This document shows positions 32,821 through 40,745 of a stretch of 51,339 bases of DNA, in pieces. A model generated the notes under the pieces. That model searched no databases, was not told where the DNA came from, and was given only the letters and a program-made list of their open reading frames with translations. Numbering within the stretch: the stretch's first letter is position 1; each line of letters begins with the position of its first letter. The stretch comes from an uncultured Bacillales bacterium. Lineage in GTDB: Bacteria; Bacillota_I; Bacilli_A; RFN20; CAG-826. The stretch lies in NCBI GenBank assembly GCA_947164155.1, contig CAMUVS010000006.1, forward strand, positions 1 to 51,339. The letters run 5' to 3'. Both the position numbers and the translations under genes were made by a program.

Positions 32821-33701
32821 TGAAAAAGAAGATATTAGTTATTGGAAGTATATCAATAGATAACACTATTTTTACTAAACAGCTCCCAAGTGCTGGCACC
32901 ACTACTGTTGCGGATTCTTATTTTCAAAATATAGGTGGAAAAGGCGCTAATCAAGCATGTGCCTCACTCTTTTTAGGAGGAGATGTCTCTTTTATCGGAG
33001 CCATTGGAAAAGACCATAATGGTGACATGGTTGAAAAATTTCTAAAGGAGCAAGGCCTACATGCTAGATTAAAAAGAAGTGAAAAGCCTACAGGGATCGC
33101 TTTTATCATTTTAGAAGAAGAGACTGCAGAAAATAGAATATTAATCATTCAAGGAGCAAATACTGATTTACAAATTGAAGATATAGACAAAAATCTCGAC
33201 TTATTTACCGAAGGAGACATTTTATTAACTCAATTTGAAAATGATATGGAAACAGTTAGCTATGTTATTAAAAAAGCATATGAAAAACATATGTTAGTGG
33301 TTGTTAATCCTGCTCCAATAAAAGAATTAAAAGAAGAATATTATCAATATATTGATTATTTAGTGCCAAATGAGCACGAATTAGAAGCGTTAAGTCATAA
33401 AACAGATATTTTATTAGCAGCAAAGGAATTGCTCTCTAGAGGGGCTAAAAACGTGATTGTCACTTTAGGAGAAAAAGGATCAGTTTTAATTAATAAAGAT
33501 GAATATATAAAAGTCGAACCACATAAAGTAGACGCTGTTGATACGACTGCTGCAGGAGATTCTTATTTAGGAGCGTTAGTGACTAGACTTTCTGAAGGTA
33601 AGTCAATTAAAGAGGCTATGGAATTTGCCTCACTTTGTAGTAGTAAAACAGTCACTAAAAAAGGAGCGATTGTTTCGCTCCCTCATCTAGAGGATTTGTA
33701 G
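32820..33701 (+). CDS. rbsK: Ribokinase (PfkB family)
   Basis: GGKGANQA, NPAP, PNEHE and VDTTAAGDS; translationally coupled to the nucleoside hydrolase. Confidence 0.9.
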   Translation: MKKKILVIGSISIDNTIFTKQLPSAGTTTVADSYFQNIGGKGANQACASLFLGGDVSFIGAIGKDHNGDMVEKFLKEQGLHARLKRSEKPTGIAFIILEEETAENRILIIQGANTDLQIEDIDKNLDLFTEGDILLTQFENDMETVSYVIKKAYEKHMLVVVNPAPIKELKEEYYQYIDYLVPNEHELEALSHKTDILLAAKELLSRGAKNVIVTLGEKGSVLINKDEYIKVEPHKVDAVDTTAAGDSYLGALVTRLSEGKSIKEAMEFASLCSSKTVTKKGAIVSLPHLEDL

Positions 33702-33703
33702 AA

Positions 33704-34168
33704 TTACTTGAACAATATTTCTACTTTAGTTCCTAATCCTTTAGCAATACGATTGATTAACTTGATTGAAGGGTTTGATAATCCTTTTTCAATTTTTGAT
33801 AAATCTGACTGGTCAATTCCAGTCTTTTTAGCCAAATCTTCCTGAGACATAAATAAACCTAATCTAATATCCTTTATTTTATATCCAAGAATAGCAAGAG
33901 ATATTTCATCATAATCATATTCATTAGTGACGTCTATGCCGTCTTCATATACGGTATCTGCACTAACGTCTAGTTCATCGTTCCAGATAACACCACCCCA
34001 TCCAGGGATGTGTCCCTTTTCAAATAATGATCTATCTTTTAATTGGTTTAATTGAGGAAATTTATCGGCTAAAGATAATATATCGTATCTTTTAACTACA
34101 CCATCAAGAAAGATAACATCAAATAATGTCTTCTCCCTTAACACTAATTTAACAGCTTCTTTCATCAT
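33704..34168 (-). CDS. DUF2442-like domain fused to an XRE HTH (putative antitoxin)
   Basis: F.DG..K.YD...L......LF....GVIWNDELDVSADTVY followed by SQEDLAKKTGIDQSDLSKIEKG..NPS. Confidence 0.8.
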   Translation of the reverse strand: MMKEAVKLVLREKTLFDVIFLDGVVKRYDILSLADKFPQLNQLKDRSLFEKGHIPGWGGVIWNDELDVSADTVYEDGIDVTNEYDYDEISLAILGYKIKDIRLGLFMSQEDLAKKTGIDQSDLSKIEKGLSNPSIKLINRIAKGLGTKVEILFK

Positions 34169-34173
34169 ATAGT

Positions 34174-34428
34174 TTATTCCAAAGGCGGTAACTTGTAATA
34201 TCGCTCAGTATCCCACATATCCATTAGTTCTTTTTGATATTTCAATATAAACTCTTTAACCATTGCAATTCCTTTTTTAGGAAATTTGCCATTAATAAGT
34301 GAACCGTCTGATATAAGGAATACAGCTTCTAAATTTCCATAAAACGCATGAATATGCGGTGGACGGTGATCCTTACTGGTTAAATACATGTATATCAAAA
34401 TTCCATAGAACATTGATATAGCAGGCAC
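34174..34428 (-). CDS. DUF4160 family protein (putative toxin)
   Basis: MP.ISMFYGI.IYMY...DH.PPHIHA.Y; GTG start with SD aggaggt. Confidence 0.85.
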   Translation of the reverse strand: MPAISMFYGILIYMYLTSKDHRPPHIHAFYGNLEAVFLISDGSLINGKFPKKGIAMVKEFILKYQKELMDMWDTERYYKLPPLE

Positions 34429-34451
34429 TTCGTATACCTCCTTTCAATATA

Positions 34452-34480
34452 ATTTTATGGTATATATCCCCTATTTACAA
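34452..34480 (-). promoter_or_regulatory. Promoter of the DUF4160/DUF2442 pair
   Basis: TTGTAA-17 nt-TAAAAT; the spacer contains a near-palindrome (ggatatatacc). Confidence 0.6.
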
Positions 34481-34495
34481 GATAAAAAAATAAAA

Positions 34496-34750
34496 CTATT
34501 CAATAAGCATTAAATCATCAGTGCGACTTAATACAAAGACATCAATAATATTAAGTAAAAGCGCCCAACCTAGTAAGACGAATATCGCCAGTCCAGCGAT
34601 ATTCTTTTTACTATGCAAACGAATAACCGCAAAAACTCTTACTCCTATTTCCACTAAGTAGCCGATAAAAGGAATAACGATTAATATTGCTTGGGATAAG
34701 AAATCTAATTTAGAGAACCACTTTTCCATAAGACAGTTTGTATTATACAA
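34496..34750 (-). CDS. Small two-TM membrane protein; the start is probably the ATG at 34729
   Basis: Hydrophobic ORF; TGTATAAT overlaps the annotated upstream TTG start, favouring MEKWF. Confidence 0.6.
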   Translation of the reverse strand: MYNTNCLMEKWFSKLDFLSQAILIVIPFIGYLVEIGVRVFAVIRLHSKKNIAGLAIFVLLGWALLLNIIDVFVLSRTDDLMLIE

Positions 34751-34797
34751 AAATATAAAGATACAGTTAATGAAAAATGTTATAATGCTACTTGTCT

Positions 34798-37002
34798 ATG
34801 AAAAAGATAATAGTTCCAATTTTATTGTCGACATTATTATTTTCAACATTTGTTTTATCTAACTCTGATAAAGAAGTAACAATCACTGAAGCCGTTGCTC
34901 CTAGTAACTATTACAGCTCCATCACCTCTAATATGAAGGGCGATACTTTAAAAGTCGCACTTTATAACATTATTAAAGGTCACACAAGAATTCCTTATGA
35001 TAGTTTAGAGCCTGCAATGAAAATCACCGATAGAGATTATAATCTCTCTCCTTTAGGCACTGACGATGATAATCCATATATTGTTACTCTATATGCTGAT
35101 TATAATGGAGATAAATCAACAGCAATAAGATACGGAGATTCATGTGGTGGTTATAACACAAGCGGAAATCAAATTTGGAACAAAGAACATATTTGGGCTA
35201 AATCAAATGGATTCGCCACAGAAAGCAAACCAGCTCATAGTGATCTTCACCATTTGAGAGCAAGCGATGAAAGATGTAATAATTTACGCGGAAATCTTCC
35301 ATTTAACACAGTCAGTCAACATACAAGTTCTAATGCAGTAGAAAACCACTACAAGCAAAAAACAGACAACTATAGAATTACCAATTCTTATTTTGAACCA
35401 CGGGATTCTGATAAAGGTGATGTTGCTAGAGCCTTATTCTATATGGCAACGCGATATTATAACGGTGATGGATCTAATAGCGCTTTATCTTTAACTAATG
35501 GTACTGATTCTTCAGGAGGCAAATGGGGTTATTTAGATACTTTACTTGCGTGGCATGAAGCTGACCCAGTTGATGAATTTGAAGCACATAGAAATGATTT
35601 AATTTATGAACAATTTCAACATAATAGAAATCCATATATTGACCATCCAGAATACGCTCGAGCGGTATTTAAAAATGAAGCAATCGTTGATCCAGATACT
35701 TTAACAAAACTGACATATACTGGTAGTCCAACTAAAACTTCTTATAGAGAAGGTGAATCATTTAGCCCTAATGGCTTAACTGTTACCGCTACATTTGAAA
35801 AGGAAGACACTACAACATATACCTCTAACGTAACTGAATTTATTTCTTGGTCTCCTAATCCATTAACTAAAAACACCACTTCCGTTACTGGTTCATATAC
35901 ATTTGGAGATGTCACAAAATCAATAACCATTACTGGATTAACTGTTTCATCATTAGATTCTATTAAAATATCTGGCAACCCTAATAAAACAGTTTACGAT
36001 GAAGGAGATACTTTTGTATCTACTGGTTTAACTGTATACGCAAAATATGGACAAGAAGAGGTTGATGTCACAAGTAATGTAACTTGGACAAACACTCCTT
36101 TAGTTAAAGGTCAAACAAGTGTTACTGCTACTTATGGAACTTTTAATGCTACATACATCGGAATACTTGTTAAAGAAAAGACATTATCATCTTCAACAAT
36201 CGAATTTAAAGATTATGGATCTGCTACTGGTGAGTTAACTAAAGAAACAATTCAAAATGATTTAGTTAAAGGAAAAGATATTGCCACTGTTAGCGCAGTT
36301 TCAAAAGCTTTTAAAGGATCTGGTGGTGTTAGATTTGGTTCGGGTTCTGCAGGTGGCTCTATCACATTAACAATAGCATCTACTCAAGTAACAAAATTAA
36401 TAATAAATGCAAAAGTTTATGGTAGCGATTCATCAACAGTTACTGTCAAAACAAACAATAGTTCATCTGGTACTTTTAAGCCCATTTCATCATTTGCAAA
36501 TTACGAATTTAGTGTTAACAAAACCGTCACATCAATTATAGTTAGCAGTTCTTCTTCAAATAATAGATTCTATCTCAAATCAATTGATATAGTTTCTGGT
36601 TCAGGAAGTGGAGCTGATTCAATCACCGAATGGGGAGTTAGTTATTTACATATTGGTGATTCATCTTTTGATGGACAAGGTACTGGGTTATGTAAATCAA
36701 ATGAATTATATAAATACGCAAAAGTTGCTTTATTCAATCTAAACTCTGCTGAGAGTGGTACAATCAGCAAGCTTCAAAATGATTCTAAATATTCAAATGA
36801 ATACGCTAGATATTTAGCCTGGTCAAAAGCGTGTGAAGATGACTCTCCATTTATTAATACTTTTGAATTTGTTTCTAATAGAGTAAATAGTTCCATAAAT
36901 ATTGAATCTAATTCTACTATGATTATCATCATTTCTATAAGTTCAATAAGCGTTTTAGCGTTTTCAGTTTTATTAATCATCAAAAAACGTAAACATCAAT
37001 GA
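34798..37002 (+). CDS. Surface-anchored endonuclease I family nuclease with Ig-like repeats
   Basis: Signal peptide; WNKEHIW, SDLHHLR, FEPRD..KGDVARALFYM..RY and NRNPYIDHPE; two Big_3-like repeats (PTKTSYREGESF..GLTV, PNKTVYDEGDTF..GLTV); C-terminal TM plus KKRKH. Confidence 0.9.
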   Translation: MKKIIVPILLSTLLFSTFVLSNSDKEVTITEAVAPSNYYSSITSNMKGDTLKVALYNIIKGHTRIPYDSLEPAMKITDRDYNLSPLGTDDDNPYIVTLYADYNGDKSTAIRYGDSCGGYNTSGNQIWNKEHIWAKSNGFATESKPAHSDLHHLRASDERCNNLRGNLPFNTVSQHTSSNAVENHYKQKTDNYRITNSYFEPRDSDKGDVARALFYMATRYYNGDGSNSALSLTNGTDSSGGKWGYLDTLLAWHEADPVDEFEAHRNDLIYEQFQHNRNPYIDHPEYARAVFKNEAIVDPDTLTKLTYTGSPTKTSYREGESFSPNGLTVTATFEKEDTTTYTSNVTEFISWSPNPLTKNTTSVTGSYTFGDVTKSITITGLTVSSLDSIKISGNPNKTVYDEGDTFVSTGLTVYAKYGQEEVDVTSNVTWTNTPLVKGQTSVTATYGTFNATYIGILVKEKTLSSSTIEFKDYGSATGELTKETIQNDLVKGKDIATVSAVSKAFKGSGGVRFGSGSAGGSITLTIASTQVTKLIINAKVYGSDSSTVTVKTNNSSSGTFKPISSFANYEFSVNKTVTSIIVSSSSSNNRFYLKSIDIVSGSGSGADSITEWGVSYLHIGDSSFDGQGTGLCKSNELYKYAKVALFNLNSAESGTISKLQNDSKYSNEYARYLAWSKACEDDSPFINTFEFVSNRVNSSINIESNSTMIIIISISSISVLAFSVLLIIKKRKHQ

Positions 37003-38009
37003 AAAAAGAATTTGTGATATTAATCCCATCTTATGAACCAGATGAGCAACTAATAAAAGTTGTAGATTCTTTAATTAATGAAGAACTACCTGTTTTAGTG
37101 GTTAATGATGGATCTAGTGAACAATATGATGCAGTCTTTAATCAAATTAAAGATAAGATTCAATATATTAGGTTAGACCATAACCAAGGTAAAGGTGCAG
37201 CCTTAAAAGAAGGATATAGAAATATCCATGCTTTATTTCCCGAGGCCAAATACGTTATAACCGCGGATGGAGACGGACAACATTCCACTAAAGATATTGT
37301 TAAGATGTCTAAGTTATTATTAGAAAAAGATGAATGCGTATTAGGTATAAGACCATTTGATAAATCAGTTCCTTTTAGAAGTAGATTTGGAAATTATTTT
37401 TCTCAAACCACTAGAGGATTAGCAACTAAGACATATCTAAAGGACGATCAATGTGGATTAAGAGGGTTCCCTATTAGATACTTAGAGGAATTATCAAAAA
37501 TTAAGGGAAACAGATATGATTATGAAATTAATCAATTAACTTCATTTCAGTTAAGAGACTATCCAATCATTCCTATGGAAATAGAGTTAATCTATCCTAA
37601 AGATAACAACAAAAAAACTCACTTTAGAAACGTTAAAGATACTTGGAATATCCAGTGTATTATCGCTTTCCAAGGATTACCTTCTTTAATATCTTTATCC
37701 TTATTAATTGCAGGTTTATTAGTTTTATATCATTTTGGATATTCCTTCCATCACTTAATAATCTTCCCTGCTTATCTAATTAGTGCATGCTTAACTTTAT
37801 TAATGTGGACTATATTAGAGCCATCTCAAAAGCCTTTAAATAGAGTATTAAAAGAATTATTATTCACCATAATAAAAATGACATCCGTTTTCGCAATCAT
37901 GTATTTATTTACAGATGCCTTTAAGATGTCATTTTTTATCGCGGTCCCGTTATTAGTGATTTTGGCGTGTTTCTATAACTTGCTATTATCTAGAATTTTC
38001 GTTAATTAA
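36999..38009 (+). CDS. GT2 glycosyltransferase with a C-terminal 4-TM (GtrA-like) domain
   Basis: IPSYEPD, VVNDGS, NQGKGAALK, ADGDGQH and D.QCGLR; hydrophobic C-terminus; ATGA overlap with the nuclease gene. Confidence 0.85.
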   Translation: MKKEFVILIPSYEPDEQLIKVVDSLINEELPVLVVNDGSSEQYDAVFNQIKDKIQYIRLDHNQGKGAALKEGYRNIHALFPEAKYVITADGDGQHSTKDIVKMSKLLLEKDECVLGIRPFDKSVPFRSRFGNYFSQTTRGLATKTYLKDDQCGLRGFPIRYLEELSKIKGNRYDYEINQLTSFQLRDYPIIPMEIELIYPKDNNKKTHFRNVKDTWNIQCIIAFQGLPSLISLSLLIAGLLVLYHFGYSFHHLIIFPAYLISACLTLLMWTILEPSQKPLNRVLKELLFTIIKMTSVFAIMYLFTDAFKMSFFIAVPLLVILACFYNLLLSRIFVN

Positions 38010-38461
38010 TATATTTTTATCCCTTCTACTAAAACATTTTCGACAAATGCAGCACTCCCTACAAGTTGTTCAACCGTTTGAAGATCAACTTCTTTGCCTA
38101 ATGCATTAGTTAATTCATCCGCCATTCCAAAAAATGAAAGACCCATCTTGTGACAAACAACGATGATATCTACATCACTCTCTGGTTTGGCCTCTTTTCT
38201 AGCATAGCTACCATATAAATAAGCGCATCTAACTTCAGGATAGTTTTTAAAAATTTGAGCGCATCTAAATTTGATAAATTGTAGACCAAGAATTCTATTC
38301 TTTTCAGCGTTATCAAGGATCTCTAAAACTTTTCTTCTCATTTCTTCATATTCATCGTTTTCTTCATAATATTGAAAAGAACGTCGAGACACTCCACATA
38401 TTTGAGCAGCCTCAACTTGGGTTAGTCCTAGTTCTTTTCTTTTTTGCTTTAGCTCATTCAT
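38006..38461 (-). CDS. HTH-minimal nucleotidyltransferase (MNT) fusion
   Basis: RKELGLTQVEAA..CGVSRRS...YE followed by YLYGSYAR.EA.PESDVD and L...LGKEVDL. Confidence 0.87.
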   Translation of the reverse strand: MNELKQKRKELGLTQVEAAQICGVSRRSFQYYEENDEYEEMRRKVLEILDNAEKNRILGLQFIKFRCAQIFKNYPEVRCAYLYGSYARKEAKPESDVDIIVVCHKMGLSFFGMADELTNALGKEVDLQTVEQLVGSAAFVENVLVEGIKIY

Positions 38462-39417
38462 AAAATAATATCTCCTATTTTTTCTTTATATAGTTTTAAG
38501 TCCTTGATTTCTAATATTGTTGTTATTCTATTACCACTGTCTTTAGAGGAATGGCCGCAATGATATATTTTTTCGGTATTATACCCTATATCTATAAAGA
38601 TATAACGATCATGAAATCTTCCTTCATTCGGTTTTAGTTTAATTGATATGCCAGTGTCTAATTCAAAATCATTAAGCATAATATCATCAACATGATCTTT
38701 GAATTTGTTATCACTAATAATGGTTATGTCAACATCTTTATTTACAGTTTTTAGCAAGGATAGTGTTTTGATATTGATATAGTCATCTATGATCACTAAT
38801 GAATGTTTAGCGAAAGAATATATTTGCTTATAAGCGATATCTGATTCAATTCTTTCTCCGTTCATAATCAAGAAGTGTTTAAACTTAGATGGATCTATAA
38901 AATTATCCATCACTATTCCTAATTTAGACTCGATATTTTCAAACCTTTTATCGTGCTCTGCAAATCTAGACTCAATATATGTATTAGTGTTTGTTAATAG
39001 ATGTCCGCTTTCTTCAATATAGTCTTTCATGGTTTTGAAGAGCTTGATAAGCGCGATACTTTGTTTAATAGCAAGATCACCTTTTAAAACAGTCATAAGC
39101 ATATAAATGCCTTGTTCAGTAAAAGCATAAGGCAAAGATGTTCGGCCTCCGCTATTTCCAACAGTCCATATTCGCGCGGTCACAATTTGTGACCTCGCCA
39201 AATAATTTGATTCCTCCTTAGTAATTTGAAACATAAAACCATCAGGAAAGCGCTCTATATTACGATTAATTTGCTGGTTGAATGCTTTTGTTGAATATCC
39301 ATAGATTTCCGCTAAATCAAAATCTAACATCACTCTTTGGCCGAGTATTAAATAAATCTTGTCTTTAATATTATTTTCATCAACAATCATAATTTCTTTG
39401 TTTGCTACATTTGACAT
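38458..39417 (-). CDS. ORF6N (KilA-N-like) DNA-binding domain protein with a C-terminal PLD-like domain
   Basis: QRVMLD.DLAEIYG.STK..NQ...RN.ERFP..FMFQ and PYAFTEQG; C-terminal IIDDY and FHDRYIFID..YHCG.S.KD.G; SD gaggtg. Confidence 0.85.
   Translation of the reverse strand: MSNVANKEIMIVDENNIKDKIYLILGQRVMLDFDLAEIYGYSTKAFNQQINRNIERFPDGFMFQITKEESNYLARSQIVTARIWTVGNSGGRTSLPYAFTEQGIYMLMTVLKGDLAIKQSIALIKLFKTMKDYIEESGHLLTNTNTYIESRFAEHDKRFENIESKLGIVMDNFIDPSKFKHFLIMNGERIESDIAYKQIYSFAKHSLVIIDDYINIKTLSLLKTVNKDVDITIISDNKFKDHVDDIMLNDFELDTGISIKLKPNEGRFHDRYIFIDIGYNTEKIYHCGHSSKDSGNRITTILEIKDLKLYKEKIGDIIL
39174..39198. repeat. Palindrome within the ORF6N coding sequence
   Basis: gcg-c-GGTCACAA-t-TTGTGACC-t-cgc: perfect 8-bp arms, 11 of 12 positions paired. 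Confidence 0.95.
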
Positions 39418-39658
39418 ACTGCGCACCTCTTAAAAAACATAAGCGTAAAGATACCATGCTCAGTAAATGCATAAAGAAGTTTTTTAACACCTCCCCAACT
39501 TGATGTGAAATTTTTGCACTTCAAGAACGCACTCCACTCTTTTTCAGTTAATTGAAACATAAATCCAGCATCACTCTTTGGTCGCATATTAAATAAAACT
39601 TGTCTTTAATACTATTTTCATCAACAATTACAATTTCTTTATTCGTTACATTCGACAT
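39418..39658 (-). pseudogene. Degenerate tandem copy of the ORF6N N-terminal domain
   Basis: MSNVTNKEIVIVDENSIKDKFYLICDQRVMLD, then an ~85-nt deletion with frameshift into FMFQLTEKEW..LKCKNFTSSWGG..YAFTEHGI; clearly homologous to the adjacent gene. Confidence 0.9.
39499..39525. repeat. Imperfect palindrome in the ORF6N pseudogene
   Basis: cttga-t-gtg-a-aa-ttt-tt-g-cac-t-tcaag: 10 of 13 positions paired, centred at the same codon position as in the intact gene. Confidence 0.8.
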
Positions 39659-39688
39659 AATACATATCTCTAAATATTAGATATCTAT

Positions 39689-39717
39689 ATTATATATGCG
39701 CATTATTTTTTGCGCAA
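39689..39717 (-). promoter_or_regulatory. Promoter with an overlapping TGCGCA-N8-TGCGCA operator-like site
   Basis: TTGCGC-17 nt-TATAAT; TGCGCA at 39697-39702 and 39711-39716. Confidence 0.7.
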
Positions 39718-39718
39718 A

Positions 39719-39755
39719 CAAAAAGAGCCTTGCTTGTATATAAATTTTAGGCTCT
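39719..39755 (-). terminator. Probable terminator after the sugar kinase
   Basis: agagcct...aggctct stem with an 18-nt loop, followed by a U-rich tract. Confidence 0.55.
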
Positions 39756-39762
39756 AATTTGT

Positions 39763-40689
39763 TTACTTAATAGAAGCTAAGAATTGATCAATTTCTTCTT
39801 CGCTAGGAGCGACATTGATTGCTCCTTTTTTAAGAGTGGCAAGTCCTCCAACTACATTTGCTCTAGTAAGATAATGAATAATTTCTTTATCACAATTAAT
39901 AAATTCAGGGTGATTAACTAAAGACGCTAAGAAATATGAATAAAAAGCATCTCCCGCTCCAGTTGTATCAACTGGTTTAACTTTATAAGTAGGAACTTCT
40001 ACTACATGACCATTATGATAATAAATTGAGCCTTTAGAACCTAATGTTATGACTGCAATTTGATTTTCATTTAATAAAGTTTTTAAACCTTTAACTAAAT
40101 CTTTTTCTTTGGTTAATAATTCAACTTCTTCAATAGAAAACTTTAAAATATCTGCCTCTTTTAATGCTTTAATAAATATTTCCTTAGCCTCGGCTTCACT
40201 GTTAAAGATGTCGTCACGATAATTAATATCAAAAGATATTTTAGCGTTAGTTTCTTTTTTAATTCTCTTTACTAGTTCAAAGAAGAATTCTCTACCTTCT
40301 TTTTCTGATAGCATTAATGAACCGATATGAATAATGTCGTCATCTTTAATATCCTTAAAGTTAATTGAATTAATATCAAAGATATAATCCGCTCCAAAAG
40401 AGCGATCAAATTTAAATGATCTTTCTCCATTATCTAGACTAACAATCGCTTTAGAAGTATATCGGTCAGTTAAAACTTTAATATCTAAATATTTAAAAGG
40501 TTTACCTTTCGCGGTATTTAATAACAAATCTCCATCTTCGTCTTTACCAACAGTGCCAATAAAGCCAACGTCTTTGGTATATAAAAGAGCATTACACGCA
40601 ACATTAAAAGGCGCTCCACCAGGTAAAGTGGTTTTAGACTCACCATCTTTAAAGATGTCCACTAAGATTTCACCAATTGAAATAAGCAT
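39763..40689 (-). CDS. PfkB carbohydrate kinase, probably fructokinase
   Basis: IGEILVD, PGGAPFNVA, SFDINYR and VDTTGAGDAF; adjacent to the GH32 locus. Confidence 0.88.
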   Translation of the reverse strand: MLISIGEILVDIFKDGESKTTLPGGAPFNVACNALLYTKDVGFIGTVGKDEDGDLLLNTAKGKPFKYLDIKVLTDRYTSKAIVSLDNGERSFKFDRSFGADYIFDINSINFKDIKDDDIIHIGSLMLSEKEGREFFFELVKRIKKETNAKISFDINYRDDIFNSEAEAKEIFIKALKEADILKFSIEEVELLTKEKDLVKGLKTLLNENQIAVITLGSKGSIYYHNGHVVEVPTYKVKPVDTTGAGDAFYSYFLASLVNHPEFINCDKEIIHYLTRANVVGGLATLKKGAINVAPSEEEIDQFLASIK

Positions 40690-40704
40690 ATTTATATTCC
40701 TTTT

Positions 40705-40729
40705 AAAAAGCCGAGAACTTGCTCGGCTT
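40705..40729 (-). terminator. Terminator hairpin between the surface protein gene and the kinase
   Basis: Minus-strand aagccgag-caagtt-ctcggctt followed by ttt. Confidence 0.7.
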
Positions 40730-40745
40730 ATAAGTTTAGTTGTTA

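Noticed and set aside
39405-39587. 60-aa ORF as an independent gene
   Set aside because: It is the out-of-frame second half of the ORF6N pseudogene.
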